From Chara braunii (taxonomy: Eukaryota; Plantae; Charophyceae): a stretch of DNA of 64,000 nucleotides. Every line of letters begins with the position of its first letter. Within the stretch, counting starts at the first letter, position 1. Location of the stretch: the NCBI GenBank assembly GCA_003427395.1, contig BFEA01000028.1:2241001-2305000 (forward strand). Reading direction: 5' to 3'. The position numbers were made by a program, and so were the translations under genes. Below are positions 1-12,026 of this stretch, one piece after another. Below the pieces are notes generated by a model. The model was not told the origin of the DNA. It was given only the letters and a program-made list of their open reading frames with translations, and did not search any database.

Positions 1-73
<73 letters not shown>

Positions 74-181
74 CGCTCGCTCGCTCGCTCGCTCGATCGA
101 GTAGTCAGTAGAGAGCCCTCTCTCTCTCGATTGATCGATCGATCGATCGATCGACCGATCGATCAAGTAGCCAGCAGAGAG

Positions 182-251
<70 letters not shown>

Positions 252-1115
252 AGTAGCCACTCGCGCGCTCTCTCTCTCTCTCTCCCTCTCTCTCCCTCGC
301 GCGCTCGCCCGCCCGCTCGCCCCCGGCCCCTCCTCTCCTCTTACACATACACACACGTCCGAGTAGACGGTCTGAGTAGCCAGTCGAGAGTCCTGCTTAG
401 CATACAACGCAGACTAGCGGGTCGAGAGTCCTGCTTAGCATACAACGCAGACTAGCGGGTCGAGAGTCGAGCGTCTCTCTCACACACATGTCCGCGTAGA
501 GTTCCAAAGTCGAAGTCGAGCATATAGGGGCGGGGTTTCTTTGTGGCGCCGCCTCCCAAACCTGAGAAAGTTCGTTGCCGGCGGCAGCGTGCGGGGACCT
601 GCGCCGTGTACCGCCCCGCGAGGGGTACCGCCAGCATTCGCGGCGGGGCCAGGACCTGTGCTACGGCGGGTACCGGGCCAGTGCCGCGCCTCCTTCCTAA
701 TAATCTACTCTCAATCTGGACCGTGCACGGTCACGGTCCAGATTGAGAGTTGATTCGGGAAACCTGGCCTGAGACTCAGTGGGGGGAAACGCAACCCTGA
801 CGGGCTGCGAACATTTGAATGAATGTTCACTCAAATTCGAACATTTCAATGTTCACTCAAATTCCAACGTGGGTGGTCGTCGGGAGGGTTGGCATTTTGA
901 GGTGTAGGGGCCTTGCAAGGGCCAGGACCGCATAGGACCTTTATTCCCCCGAAAACGGGCCAAAAATATATATATATATATGACGAAAATGAGAAGTAAC
1001 AAACGAGAAAAAAAAGGGCAAGGCAGCGGGGAAGGGGAGGGAAGAACGAGAGAGAGAGAGAAAGGGAGAGAGGGCATCAGGGAGTTTCTGACTCGGCGTC
1101 AGAAACTCCCTGATG

Positions 1116-1186
<71 letters not shown>

Positions 1187-1793
1187 AGTGAACCATTCAC
1201 GAGAATGAATCTTCCTTTGATTCATTCTCGTTGGGCATGTCTGATTTCCTTTCTTTTTTTTCATTTTTTTTTGCAGAATGTTGTAGGTTTTTTTTTTTTT
1301 TTTTCTTCTTCTTCTTCTTTTTCTGTGATGTACTTCTTCTTTTTCAGTGATGTACTAGCGGTTGTCCGAGGCTCGGCAATAAAGTCCGAGGCTCGGGAAT
1401 CATTGGGCTACCCGTAGTCTGAGCCTCGGACTTGATAGCTGAGCCAGGTACTGGTGGTTTAAGCCTTTTTCGAAATTGAAACGGCGGGGTCAAGCTAGGT
1501 CCATGTAGTGTACAGCCAAGGGGTCCAGCATTTTACAAACGCCGGACCCTCAGGAACACCAAATTTTGACGAGTTTTCGGCCAAAAAACTCGGTTTCAAT
1601 TTCGTTCAGAAAATAAAAGATGTCCATGTTGACGAAATGGCAGTTACGTACACGTTGTATTCGAATACGTGTACCCTTTTTATTTGGGTTTCGAAAAGAA
1701 ACAAACTCTTGTATTCCAAAAAAAAAACATCTTTCTTTTTCGGAGGCCAGCACCTGCCCTTGTGCTCCCCGCCACTGACATGCTGCATGCTGC

Positions 1794-1847
<54 letters not shown>

Positions 1848-2607
1848 NNNNNNNNNNNNNNNNNNNNNNNNNNNNNNNNNNNNNNNNNNNNNNNNNNNNN
1901 NNNNNNNNNNNNNNNNNNNNNNNNNNNNNNNNNNNNNNNNNNNNNNNNNNNNNNNNNNNNNNNNNNNNNNNNNNNNNNNNNNNNNNNNNNNNNNNNNNNN
2001 NNNNNNNNNNNNNNNNNNNNNNNNNNNNNNNNNNNNNNNNNNNNNNNNNNNNNNNNNNNNNNNNNNNNNNNNNNNNNNNNNNNNNNNNNNNNNNNNNNNN
2101 NNNNNNNNNNNNNNNNNNNNNNNNNNNNNNNNNNNNNNNNNNNNNNNNNNNNNNNNNNNNNNNNNNNNNNNNNNNNNNNNNNNNNNNNNNNNNNNNNNNN
2201 NNNNNNNNNNNNNNNNNNNNNNNNNNNNNNNNNNNNNNNNNNNNNNNNNNNNNNNNNNNNNNNNNNNNNNNNNNNNNNNNNNNNNNNNNNNNNNNNNNNN
2301 NNNNNNNNNNNNNNNNNNNNNNNNNNNNNNNNNNNNNNNNNNNNNNNNNNNNNNNNNNNNNNNNNNNNNNNNNNNNNNNNNNNNNNNNNNNNNNNNNNNN
2401 NNNNNNNNNNNNNNNNNNNNNNNNNNNNNNNNNNNNNNNNNNNNNNNNNNNNNNNNNNNNNNNNNNNNNNNNNNNNNNNNNNNNNNNNNNNNNNNNNNNN
2501 NNNNNNNNNNNNNNNNNNNNNNNNNNNNNNNNNNNNNNNNNNNNNNNNNNNNNNNNNNNNNNNNNNNNNNNNNNNNNNNNNNNNNNNNNNNNNNNNNNNN
2601 NNNNNNN

Positions 2608-2681
<74 letters not shown>

Positions 2682-3019
2682 CACAAACACACACACACAC
2701 ACACACACATTCTGTTGTCTATTGGTGAGTAGCGGCACCTGTTGGGAACAGGATTGTTGGTGGTGGTTAAATGCCAGGGCACAAGAACCTGGCAGCACTG
2801 TGATTTGGATTTCCTTCCATAACCGTGGTGAGCTGATCGATCGTGCTCTTCCACAACCGGCCTCGCGCATGAATTTCACAAGGATTCTCCTTTTCCTCCT
2901 ATTAGCAAAGACTTCCTTCACGACCCTAACCTCACAGCCGAAATGTATCATGTAGGATCAGCCCTCATTAACCAGAATTTCGTCTGTGGGTTATTACCAC
3001 ATCCCGGTAAACAGATAAT

Positions 3020-3142
3020 GGACCTCGCTGCACTACTCGCCAAATGTGTGCAAAATGAAACTGAATCCTCCGCTAGAACATGGAAAGATACACCGCCATA
3101 TTTTTGTCTTTTGTGCATGTGGAAAGTAGTGGAGCGAGGCCC
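3020..3142. mobile_element. Short (~120 bp) PIF/Harbinger-like MITE, family H-short
   Basis: TIRs GGACCTCGCTGCACTACT / AGTAGTGGAGCGAGGCCC with AAT on both flanks. Related copies at 12969-13094 (reversed), 16605-17134 and, partially, 3712-3770. Confidence 0.8.
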
Positions 3143-3155
3143 AATGAGGCCCAAT

Positions 3156-3652
3156 GGGCCTCACTCCACTACTCTAGACTTGTGAAAAAAATCTAGAGTC
3201 CTTCTAGAGCTGTCAGAGTCACAAAAAGTCCTAAAACCTACGCATCGCCGCACTAGCTCTCGACTCTACAAAAGCTAGAGTTGCTCCGTCACTTTCTGAG
3301 TTCGGCCATTTCACTAAAGGACAGCGCCAGCCTGGGTTGTCCATCCAGACTCAAGGCCCACTCTAGGAAAATCAAGGCGTTTCAAGGGTCCTCCGGACCT
3401 CCCTTAAAAAAAACACCTTTGCAGGCAGGTACTCTAGATCAATATAGAGTGAGGGCCTACCCGCTCTGACACCTCTAGAAATGAAAAATCTACAGCGAAC
3501 CTATCGAGTAAGTGGAGCGATGACGACTCTATTACTTTTCTAGAGTCGTTCTGACAGCTCTAGAACAAGTTTTCGAGTGCCCATTTATAGAGTAAGTGCA
3601 GCCATGCCGCACTCTAGAAAAAGCTCGAATCTAGAGTAGTGCAGCGAGGCCC
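3156..3652. mobile_element. ~500-bp PIF/Harbinger-like MITE, family H-long
   Basis: TIRs GGGCCTCACTCCACTACTCTAGA / TCTAGAGTAGTGCAGCGAGGCCC. The interior is rich in TCTAGA and homologous to 39836-40733. Confidence 0.85.
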
Positions 3653-4019
3653 GATATCGAGAGAGGAGAATAGTGTAGCGAACACAGCTGTCCCCTATAT
3701 GAGGAGAAGACAGCTAGAACATGGAAATTTTCGGTCTTTTGTGCATGTGGAGAGTAGTGGAGTGAGGCCCAATACCGAGCGACGAGAATGCTGTAGCGAA
3801 TACAGCCATCCCCCATATGAGGAGAAGACAGATTTCTTTTGGATCACGAGAAAAAAAAAAGAAAAAAAAAAAAGAAAAAAAAAAAAGAAAGAAAGAAAGT
3901 AAAAAAAACTCTATTAGAATCTGGAAGCTCCTCTTAAATTTCTTTTTTTGCCTTTTCAAAAGAAAAAGAGGAAAACTCGAAAAGTGCAGTCCTGCCAAGT
4001 TGTACCTGCAGTGTTGGAC

Positions 4020-4121
4020 AAAAAGATTGGACCATTTCACCATTTACGTGTGTCATCCTTGCACAGGGGCCATGCTAATCTTCTCTGTACCGTTCTGATT
4101 ATAACGGACATCCCCAAGGAC
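4020..4121 (-). pseudogene. U6: Diverged full-length U6 snRNA copy
   Basis: The reverse complement reads GTCCTTGGGGATGTCCGTTATAATCAGAACGGTACAGAGAAGATTAGCATGGCCCCTGTGCAAGGATGACACACGTAAATGGTGAAATGGTCCAATCTTTT. The ACAGAGA box is intact, with multiple substitutions elsewhere. No clear TSD. Confidence 0.9.
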
Positions 4122-4420
4122 TCTCCCCTGCAGACTCTTCTTTAAACCAGCAACCCCGGTTTGCCACCACCGGCTACAGTCTCTTCCCCCGAATACAACG
4201 TACGATCATTATAGCTGAATTTGGGCTATCTTTCAGTCTAAAGACAGCTGTGCAAGAAGGGTAGGTCGGGACCGGTTTCTGCAGACAGACGAAAAAATTT
4301 TGGCTGCTACGTGGATTGTCATCTGATGGACCAGCCGAGAAATTGGAGCACCTGTGGTATCCGTCCCGTTGTGAAAATGGGTTGGTGGTTCAACGTGTGT
4401 TCCATAACACCTGATCTGCT

Positions 4421-4848
4421 TAGCATCGTGTTCGCGTTCGGAGGCAAACCCGAACATGTTCGCCCGAACACGAACTAACGCCCAAAACCCTCCGAACGCG
4501 AACATAAAAAAATATATATATCGTCACAAACAGAACTGCCCGGTAAACCGTAGGCAGAGAGAGAGAAGAGGACAACAAACGAGGGGCTGTATATATACAT
4601 ATAAAAAAAAAAAAAAAGTCTCAGAAAAATCTGAAAAAAATGTGTCATGTAAAACAACAATACAAGCAACTTTTGCCTTGGACTCATGTCCAAAAATGTG
4701 AGTGAAAAATCAAAAAGCGAAAAAAAAAAGATTTTTTTTTTTTTACAAAAAAAAAAAAGTTTGTCCGAACACATTCGTGAGCTGTTCGCTCGAATGCGTG
4801 AACACGTTCGCGTGAACACAGAGGGGCGTGAACACGTTCGCCGTGCTA
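4421..4848. mobile_element. hAT-like MITE with CGAACA(T/C)GTTCG subterminal repeats; related copy ~22853-23295
   Basis: TAGC...GCTA ends and repeated CCGAACATGTTCG. 23230-23295 is reverse-complement homologous to 4421-4510. TSD not recognisable. Confidence 0.55.
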
Positions 4849-5159
4849 CGCAGCTTGTGATGTTTCTAACTTTCTAGTCCATTTTCTTCCTCTCAGCTTC
4901 CTAGCACATTTAGCAGCTTCCAGTATCATCATGCACATGCATTTCCCCCATTGTTTGCTCGAGTTCACGAAATCCGGACACCATGGATGTAACGTACGAG
5001 AACCCAAGTCATATCATCATGATATCATCGATTGAAGAATTTTCTGATGAAAAATGCACGATGCAACAATGGCGAACAGTGGTGTATTATGCTTCATTTC
5101 AAATTTCGTCAAGCAGACAGACTTCCAAATGTGTTTTGCTCCATTTCACATTTGCCCAA

Positions 5160-6692
5160 TCAGATCGAGTTTCCGATGTTTCCACTCCGGCAAATCTCGC
5201 ACATTGAGATCATCATCCCTTGTATGAGCTGTGAGGCAGCTACTCGACTCGCACTGGCTGGGCTGGAGTCAGAAACAATACCAAACTGAGACCCTATGGG
5301 CGAGAACCCTGCCAACGCATAGCCAGTGAGGCCTGCACCTGTCTTCAGAACGACTTCCGTCTCGAAGCAGAGCTGGAGGCACTCCTTTAGCACGTCTAAC
5401 GGAAGGTGTTTGGCGTCCGCTTTTAGAAAAAACAACCGCTTCGGGTTTCGCAAACCGAGGGCCTTGGCGATCTGCACGTCAGTTTTTCCCGCGGCCATCC
5501 CCGCCTTCACTACAAGCCATTCCCTAAACTGCCCAACAACGGCCAACAGAATGCCGACAGGTTCCTCTTTTCCACTGGCCAACAGCAATTCCAAACCTTT
5601 GAGAGCCTCCCGAACATCCCCCTCCCTGATCCTGTCGGCCAATTGCACCGCGCGGAGGCATCCCACCCCCACGGGAACCAAGCCCGTCACCATATCCGCA
5701 TCAACAAACCCCCCGCTGGCCTCCGTAGCTAAGAGTGAGAGCTTCTTAAGCTCCCGATCAACTGTTAATGTGTTTCCAGCTGCAAATTCCGCCACGATTT
5801 CAGCTGCTTTCGGCGACAATTTCAACCCATCTCGAGCAGCTGCCTTATGTACCTGCTCCGTCAACTTTTTCTTGTTCCAGGTGTTTGGTTCAACAAACTC
5901 CTCCGCGTTAGCTAATTCTGGGTAAACGAGAGCTTTGCGCCAGCTTGTGTTAGGAGCAGCAGAAAGCGTGATCACCAGCCTCGAAGTCCGCGGCAGCATG
6001 CGAACTAAGTCCTGCAAATGAACCTCAAGCCAACTTGGGCAGCGTTTCGACATAATTTTCGGTTCGACGAGCCACACTGCACGGCCCTTCCCCCCTATCA
6101 GAGGTGCAGTCATTAAAGTCTGTATGGCAGATAGTACAGCCCCGTGATCATCCACCTCTTGTAATCGAAGGAAGTTCAGCTCCACACTCCCTTCGCCAAC
6201 CACGGCACTGATCGCAGCCTTTACAGCAGACTCCATTGCGACCATATCACCTCCATAAAATATATGCACTGGTTTGTCAATCGCATCTAAACGCTCTACA
6301 CCCTCTGCTGTGGGCGCTGGTTCTTTCTTACGCCTTGCTACTCGTACAGGTCCAAAGGTTGGAATAACACCAGGTCGCGGAGAAGGGATGGCGCAAGCGC
6401 TCCTCCTCCTGACGTGCAACTGTGGTGTTCGACTATGGCGTGGTGAGAAAGAATGCAGCCGGAATGGCTGGGGCTGCAGAACTTGACAGCTACCAGGGCT
6501 AGAGGAAAGAGAGAAGGTATCGGCGGCGTTCGTACGAGGAGTTGACCTCGCAGGTGTCACCAGATAGAGTTGGGAGAGTCGTTGTGCACGTTGCATCAGT
6601 CTTTTGGTGAGAAGACCAGGCCTGACGCTGACGAGCATTCCTGCTCTTGATGGCTGACACCCACTGCGGCCCACCTTCAGATGCTGTAGCAT
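5160..6692 (-). CDS. holA: DNA polymerase III delta subunit (HolA, clamp-loader)-like protein, cyanobacterial type, with ~140-aa putative organellar transit peptide
   Basis: Uninterrupted ORF (first ATG 6692). From ~aa143 it carries HolA-typical motifs: PVHIFYGGD, AIQTLMTAPLIGGKGRAVWL, EPNTWN, AAEIVAEFAAGNTLTVDRELKKL, LADRIREGD, EEPVGILLAVVGQFREWLVVK, IAKALGLRNPKRLFFL, ETEVVLKTG. The N-terminus is Arg/Ser/Pro-rich and acid-poor. Confidence 0.85.
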   Translation of the reverse strand: MLQHLKVGRSGCQPSRAGMLVSVRPGLLTKRLMQRAQRLSQLYLVTPARSTPRTNAADTFSLSSSPGSCQVLQPQPFRLHSFSPRHSRTPQLHVRRRSACAIPSPRPGVIPTFGPVRVARRKKEPAPTAEGVERLDAIDKPVHIFYGGDMVAMESAVKAAISAVVGEGSVELNFLRLQEVDDHGAVLSAIQTLMTAPLIGGKGRAVWLVEPKIMSKRCPSWLEVHLQDLVRMLPRTSRLVITLSAAPNTSWRKALVYPELANAEEFVEPNTWNKKKLTEQVHKAAARDGLKLSPKAAEIVAEFAAGNTLTVDRELKKLSLLATEASGGFVDADMVTGLVPVGVGCLRAVQLADRIREGDVREALKGLELLLASGKEEPVGILLAVVGQFREWLVVKAGMAAGKTDVQIAKALGLRNPKRLFFLKADAKHLPLDVLKECLQLCFETEVVLKTGAGLTGYALAGFSPIGSQFGIVSDSSPASASRVAASQLIQGMMISMCEICRSGNIGNSI

Positions 6693-7904
6693 TACCAAGC
6701 AAGAACGAACGAGTAGGAACGAATGGGCAAAGACAAAAAAGAATGGTTGTGATTCCTCTTTTACAGAAGGAAAGATACTTCTCTAGAATAAGTCCTCTTG
6801 CATCTACAGTTATGCTCTCTGCGCAATTACGTGATGATGTCTAAAAACAAAACACGGCCAAAAGATTCACTACTAATGACCCTCTGTACAATGTGACTGT
6901 TGAACTTACATTATATTAGAGTAATTAGGCAATAATAATAATAATACATAACCACTGCTTGTCTGATAAAGGCGCGCTTAGATTGTTGCAACTTTCTGCC
7001 GATTAGGCATTGGAGTGGCTAAAGAATTGCACACCCCATTCTGACAAACATGTGGGCACCTTGTGAACCCGCGCTATGTTAAAATGAATTCATTAGCAGT
7101 TGAAGACATCCAGCTCCGAGAATAGTTTGAGAAGCAAAAAGTCATGCACAAAGAAGATGCCACCGTGCAGTGTCAGACTGCCATGCTTCTTCGCTGCCAC
7201 AGAATAGCAAGCTGATCATCATAGCTGGGCATTATTGTGATGTGGAAGGGCTTGAACTCCGGACCTGTGAGTTACGTGTCCTATACTTATCTTGCAGAAA
7301 CAACCCTGCAAAATCCCTGCGTTTTTTATGTACATCCCTCGAGCTTTGTTTGGATGCCATTACTAAACCGAAGTTCAAGGTTTGGCCTTCGCGGTGGTCT
7401 AGATAGGGGGTCCAGGTTCAGGGGTGTGTTCCTCAGGCTTATGACCAGTCCAAAAGGCCATGGTTGGTTGCCTGTGCGTCTGGGACCTTGGTTCAAGACT
7501 TTGTTTTTTCCAAATTGTCAATGTTGTGATGCTGCAGGAACCCCTGTCTGTTATTGGACCGAGGCTCATGTCCAGTGCCACGTCAAAGTGGCTGTGGGTG
7601 ATACTTTTGTCTTCACCCATGTTCTCTCAATGGACCCGCCGCTCACACACTGGTACTGGAGCCTCTCTGCCTCCTCCGTCCTAGTCGTTACCCATCCACC
7701 CTACAGTTGTAGTCGTGCCAACAACCTTCCTTTTGTAGGAAGGCAACCAAAGAGCCTCTATAGGATCATGATAGCCTCCACCGTCCTACCTCTCATTACC
7801 CTAGGCTCCCTTCAAACCCTTCTGATCCATCCTCCTCCCCGTGTGAACAAAGGAGAAACCCACATTGAGGGCGGGACTGCACCATAAGGAGATTTGTGGC
7901 TTAA

Positions 7905-8075
7905 ACCACCAGTACACCCGGGCCTGCAGGCCCCTTACTGCACACCAAGCTTTTCTGAGCCGCCAGCGGAGCACTTTTTCTCTTTTTGGGCTGGCGCCAC
8001 CAGCCATTGCGGTCTGGTATCCCGAGCCTCCTACGAGTTTCCTTCCCAGCAAGGCTGGGGCCATGTACTGGCGGT
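7905..8075. mobile_element. TTAA-flanked MITE (TIR ACCACCAGTAC)
   Basis: TTAA|ACCACCAGTAC...GTACTGGCGGT|TTAA. Confidence 0.8.
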
Positions 8076-8791
8076 TTAAGGACTCAGGAGCCAATCCCTC
8101 TCTCCCCTCCAACTCCTTTAACCCCCCCCAAACCCCTTCTCCCTTGCCACAGTCACAAGGGCACCCCCCACTCCGTATGCATGCTTCCCATCCCACACCC
8201 ACATCCTGGGGTGAGCTTTCCTAATTAAGTGCACGCAAGGTTTGCTAATTAATATTCACACAAGGTTGCCTAATTAGGCACAATGCAAATCGTAGCTATC
8301 CCAACCATGTGTAGGTTCAGGCCCTTCATGGTCATCAGGGTTACTAGATGTCCGAACTAGCCATCTGGATTGGACCGTCTGGGCAAGATGGCCTGCCAAC
8401 TTAGGGGTTTTTTTTTTTTTTTGGGGGGGGGGNNNNNNNNNNNNNNNNNNNNNNNNNNNNNNNNNNNGGGTTACTTAGGTTTCTGTCCTGCTTCTGACTC
8501 TTTTCGGGCTTTCTTTTTGCATTGCATCTGTACTTTTTTCGGTCTTCTTTCAATCGTCTTCTTTTGCTTCAGATTGCATGGAGACACCCTATGTGCATTT
8601 TGCGGTAGCAGCCCAAGGGCACAATTGCTTGGCTCATCGACAATGAAGGATAGGTTTAGAAAAAGAACGGAAAAGAGGACATGCATACAATTGCTTGACG
8701 CAAATAGAAACAACGGAAAAAAGAACATCAATGAAAAAAAAGCACAGGAAACACAAGCAATTGTTGATGTGAACAGGGAAATAGGTGGGCG

Positions 8792-8842
<51 letters not shown>

Positions 8843-9703
8843 CAAAGGAGGAGTAGAGGGAGGGGGAGGGGAGGGGGGGGAGGCGGCGCGGGCCGGTGGC
8901 GCAGGGCGGGGCAGCGAGGAAAGAAGCAAAGGAAAGGAAAGATAAGTAACAGGTGCGGAAAGACCAAAAGAAGAAGAAAAGACAAGGAACAGGTATGCAA
9001 GGGACAAAAAAGCAAGGAATGCAGGAAGGCAATGAGAATGGGGTTGAGAAGGAAAGATGGGGACGGAGGAAGAGGCGACAGATCATAAACGGAACGTCCG
9101 CACTGAGGAGGACCACAGCAAAAAGGAGGACAAGGACGAGGAGAAGGCAGCAACACTGGCAGAGGAGAGAGAAGATGACAATGATGACAATGGCAATAGC
9201 AGTGACACTAACGACAACAATAAATAAACGAGAGGAGGAGGAGGAGGAGGAGGAGGAGGAGGAGGAGGAGGAGGAGAAGCGAACCTTGAAATTTCCTTCA
9301 TGGCTGCTTTGGAATTTGCGGCAATGCTCCACCCACATGTCGCATCTACTCAGCTTCTGTACGAAGAAACAAGGCACAGGGTTAATGTCCATTCCGAACA
9401 AGGAGGTAAGGGCCTTGAGATCAGCCGTACAGCCCAAGCTTCTCATGCCTGCTCGGCCCAAGCTGTTGTGAATAAGAGGTCCGCTGCAGATTGGTTCTGC
9501 CGATCACCCTTGATTGTGGAGGGGAGGAAAGACATAACCATCAGTGAACTGACAAGCACCGCAGAAGAACCTCAGATCGCCAGTACATGTTTAAACCACC
9601 AGAATGTTTCCCAGCCTTTTTGCAGCCTGCCGCCTCACAAAACATACCATCAGTGAACTGACAAGCACCGCAGAAGAACCTCAGATCGCCAGTACATGTT
9701 TAC

Positions 9704-9912
9704 ACCACCAGTATGTTTCCCAGCCATTTTGCGAGAACGCAGCCATGCGCGCGCGGTGTTCTGTGGCATGTACCGGCCTGCCACGTCACAAAACACACAT
9801 CCACACAATTTATGTCCCGTGCACGGACTGTTTTGCTTTGATGACGGTACATCCTGCAGACCGCGGAGCACGGCCACGTTCTCACAAAATGGCTGGGAAA
9901 CGTACTGGTGGT
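9704..9912. mobile_element. TTAA-family MITE preceded by a ~110-bp tandem duplication of its left junction
   Basis: ACCACCAGTATGTTTCCCAGCCATTTTGCGAGAACG ... CGTTCTCACAAAATGGCTGGGAAACGTACTGGTGGT|TTAA. The stretch 9536-9625 is repeated from 9646. Confidence 0.8.
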
Positions 9913-10693
9913 TTAAGGCACTGATAGCAGCAACAGCAGAGTCCAGCCAAAGATACACACCACTGTTCCGATTCAACGGTGACTGCACACAAACTGCTAC
10001 TGAGTTGAAGCAGGTGCAACGGACCTGATATCCCAGAAAAGGGCCAAAATCGTGAATTTTTTGTTTTGAAGTAACGAGTCCGCTATGGATGGGGGGTGGT
10101 ACGAGCATCCTCCCATAGTATTCTCGGGCACCGGGTGCTCTGATCTATTGGTGGGGAGCCTCACATGCTGGAAACCGGGTCCAGGATCCCAGATACATGT
10201 GTTCTATCTCAGACTTTGCATACTTCGCTTCCGACTCCCAGAATTGTAACTTGGGCATCGCCAAATCGCAAATTTGCCCTCGAACAAAACCCCAGCAAGA
10301 GTCATGTCACTGAGTACGATCACAATTCAGCGGTTCAAAAACGGGCCTAGCTCAGGCTCAGTTGATACACCGATGAACTGTTGAAAAATACAGACGTGTG
10401 GTCGAATCCGAATGGAGCTAGATGGATGAAAATTCTCAATTACCTGGCGCTGGTCAGTTCTATGATAATACATCAAGGCCATGGCCCTTTTAAAATCTAG
10501 GAAAAAACGTAGAAAGCGGTCCCCATCACGAAGATCTCGATTTTTTTTATTTTTTTTTTGTAACTAAATTATTAAACCCATATTTGCTCCAGTTCCACGT
10601 AGATTTTATTGTTTGCTCTCCTTGGGCCAACGAACTAACATGTTAATCCATAATAAATAAACAAAACCAAGAGTTAGTTGAAATCCTCGTAGG

Positions 10694-10846
10694 ATACCTT
10701 TCTCGGCCTTTTGGCTAAAAATAGATCAAGTGCACTGTATCTGTTCTGGTCAGTTTAATATCTGATCCGTGGTCCATGGAGCCACAAGGGCAGGAAAAAA
10801 AAAAAAAAAAAAAAAAAAAAACGAAAAAGAAAAAGTGAAAAAAAAG
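10694..10846 (+). pseudogene. U2: U2 snRNA 5'-half retrocopy with poly(A) and 14-bp TSD
   Basis: ATACCTTTCTCGGCCTTTTGGCTA(AAAAT)AGATCAAGTG...TCAGTTTAATATCTGATCCGTGGTCCATGGAGCCACA, with an A tail at 10795-10846. Flanks are GAAATCCTCGTAGG (10680-10693) and GAAATCCCCGTAGG (10847-10860). Confidence 0.92.
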
Positions 10847-10998
10847 GAAATCCCCGTAGGTACTATTCACTTGTGGCTGTACTGCCCATTAGCGGATGAA
10901 TTGTTGGAATAGTAGAAAAGACAATGGCATTCCCTAACTGCAGTGGTGTTTGGCTGGTCTGATAACTGAATGCCTACTGAAAAGTTACCAGCAGACTA

Positions 10999-11103
10999 CA
11001 GTCTTACCCCGAATACAACATACTGTCGTTATAGCTGAATTTAGACTGAAAGATGCCCCAAATTCAGTTATAATGACCGTACGTTGTAATCGGGGGAAGA
11101 CTG
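10999..11103. mobile_element. ~105-bp palindromic Tc1/mariner(pogo)-like MITE, TA TSD
   Basis: TA|CAGTCTTACCCCGAATACAAC...GTTGTAATCGGGGGAAGACTG|TA. A partial copy lies at 4177-4242 and a diverged one at ~12468-12580. Confidence 0.8.
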
Positions 11104-11399
11104 TAGGCGTATAGTAGATGATCTGATCCGTTCTTCAGGCCTGCGGGCCCCACCGCACACGCACGGTCTCACCCTCAGCCACAGGAACTGTCTCTTAACC
11201 GCTACAGCCAGGACATGGTGTTCAAAAGTGGTATGGTGGAACCATACCCGTGGTGATATCCACCCCACCCCTGAAAGGCTGTAGTGTCCAACTCACTTAC
11301 ACCACACACAACACCACATGGGCACGGCAATTCAACGCACACTTCGCTACAATCAGCACAGCGACCCACCACCACCGCTACTTCAGGCTGGGGCTAGCT

Positions 11400-11520
11400 A
11401 AGTCGCCCTGGTACGGCAAGGGGTCCTGATGGAAGTTAATTGGACGGCAAGGAATGCGAGAATCTTCAACGGAGAAACGACGCCTATTCAGCAGAAGATA
11501 AATATCGCCCAGAAGAACTA
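11400..11520 (+). mobile_element. Decayed L1-type ORF2 C-terminal fragment
   Basis: Translates to EVNWTARNARIFNGET (WxARNxxIF motif). Confidence 0.5.
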
Positions 11521-11876
11521 AAGTAGAAAACAGGAAAACAGCAGAAAGGATAGGCATTGTACTGACTATCAGATGCCATCAGAGCAACCACAGAGAGGAC
11601 CTTCAAATCTTTTTTTTCTGGGAAAAGTCTGCATAGGCGATAAAAAGAACAGAACTGCAGCTCTCAACTCCAGAGGGCAAGTTAGTTCTGTCTCCGTGGA
11701 TAGCAGGCCTGTGGGATTAATAAGCATTCACATGCTGCATTGTTGAGGAGTTATCTCCATGTTAGGACAAGTGTGGAGGTGGTCTTAGACCCAATTTCAC
11801 AGGGCTTTATAGCAGTTGTCAGTGCTTGTAGGTGCTTGTAATGTGGTACGATTTTTTTCTCAGAGCTTCATGTTAA

Positions 11877-12026
11877 ACCACCAGTACTTCCTAGAGTTGT
11901 GCCCATTAACGCGCCACTATTTTAGGAAAAATACGGGCTACTACAGGAGCGCCCAAATTCATCCGACTAGAAACGTTTCTACTCTTTCTTTTTCCGTGGC
12001 TGATAGCTGGGCCAAGTACAGGTGGT
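11877..12026. mobile_element. TTAA-flanked MITE
   Basis: TTAA|ACCACCAGTACTT...AAGTACAGGTGGT|TTAA. Confidence 0.8.

Noticed and set aside
1508-2955. Long 400-aa ORFs (also those at 25718-27005, 32985-33599 and 59468-60823)
   Set aside because: They are open only because they span N gaps and (CT)n/(CA)n microsatellites.
7174-7265. Possible terminal exon on the minus strand (PEFKPFHITIMPSYDDQLAILWQRRSMAV*) and a possible exon at ~9283-9410
   Set aside because: Plausible splice signals, but no recognisable protein and no consistent phase or strand. It cannot be supported without transcripts.
7237-7887. 216-aa ORF as a host gene
   Set aside because: At most it resembles a decayed LINE zinc-finger region (WLPVRLGPW...CQCC), with no coherent domain.
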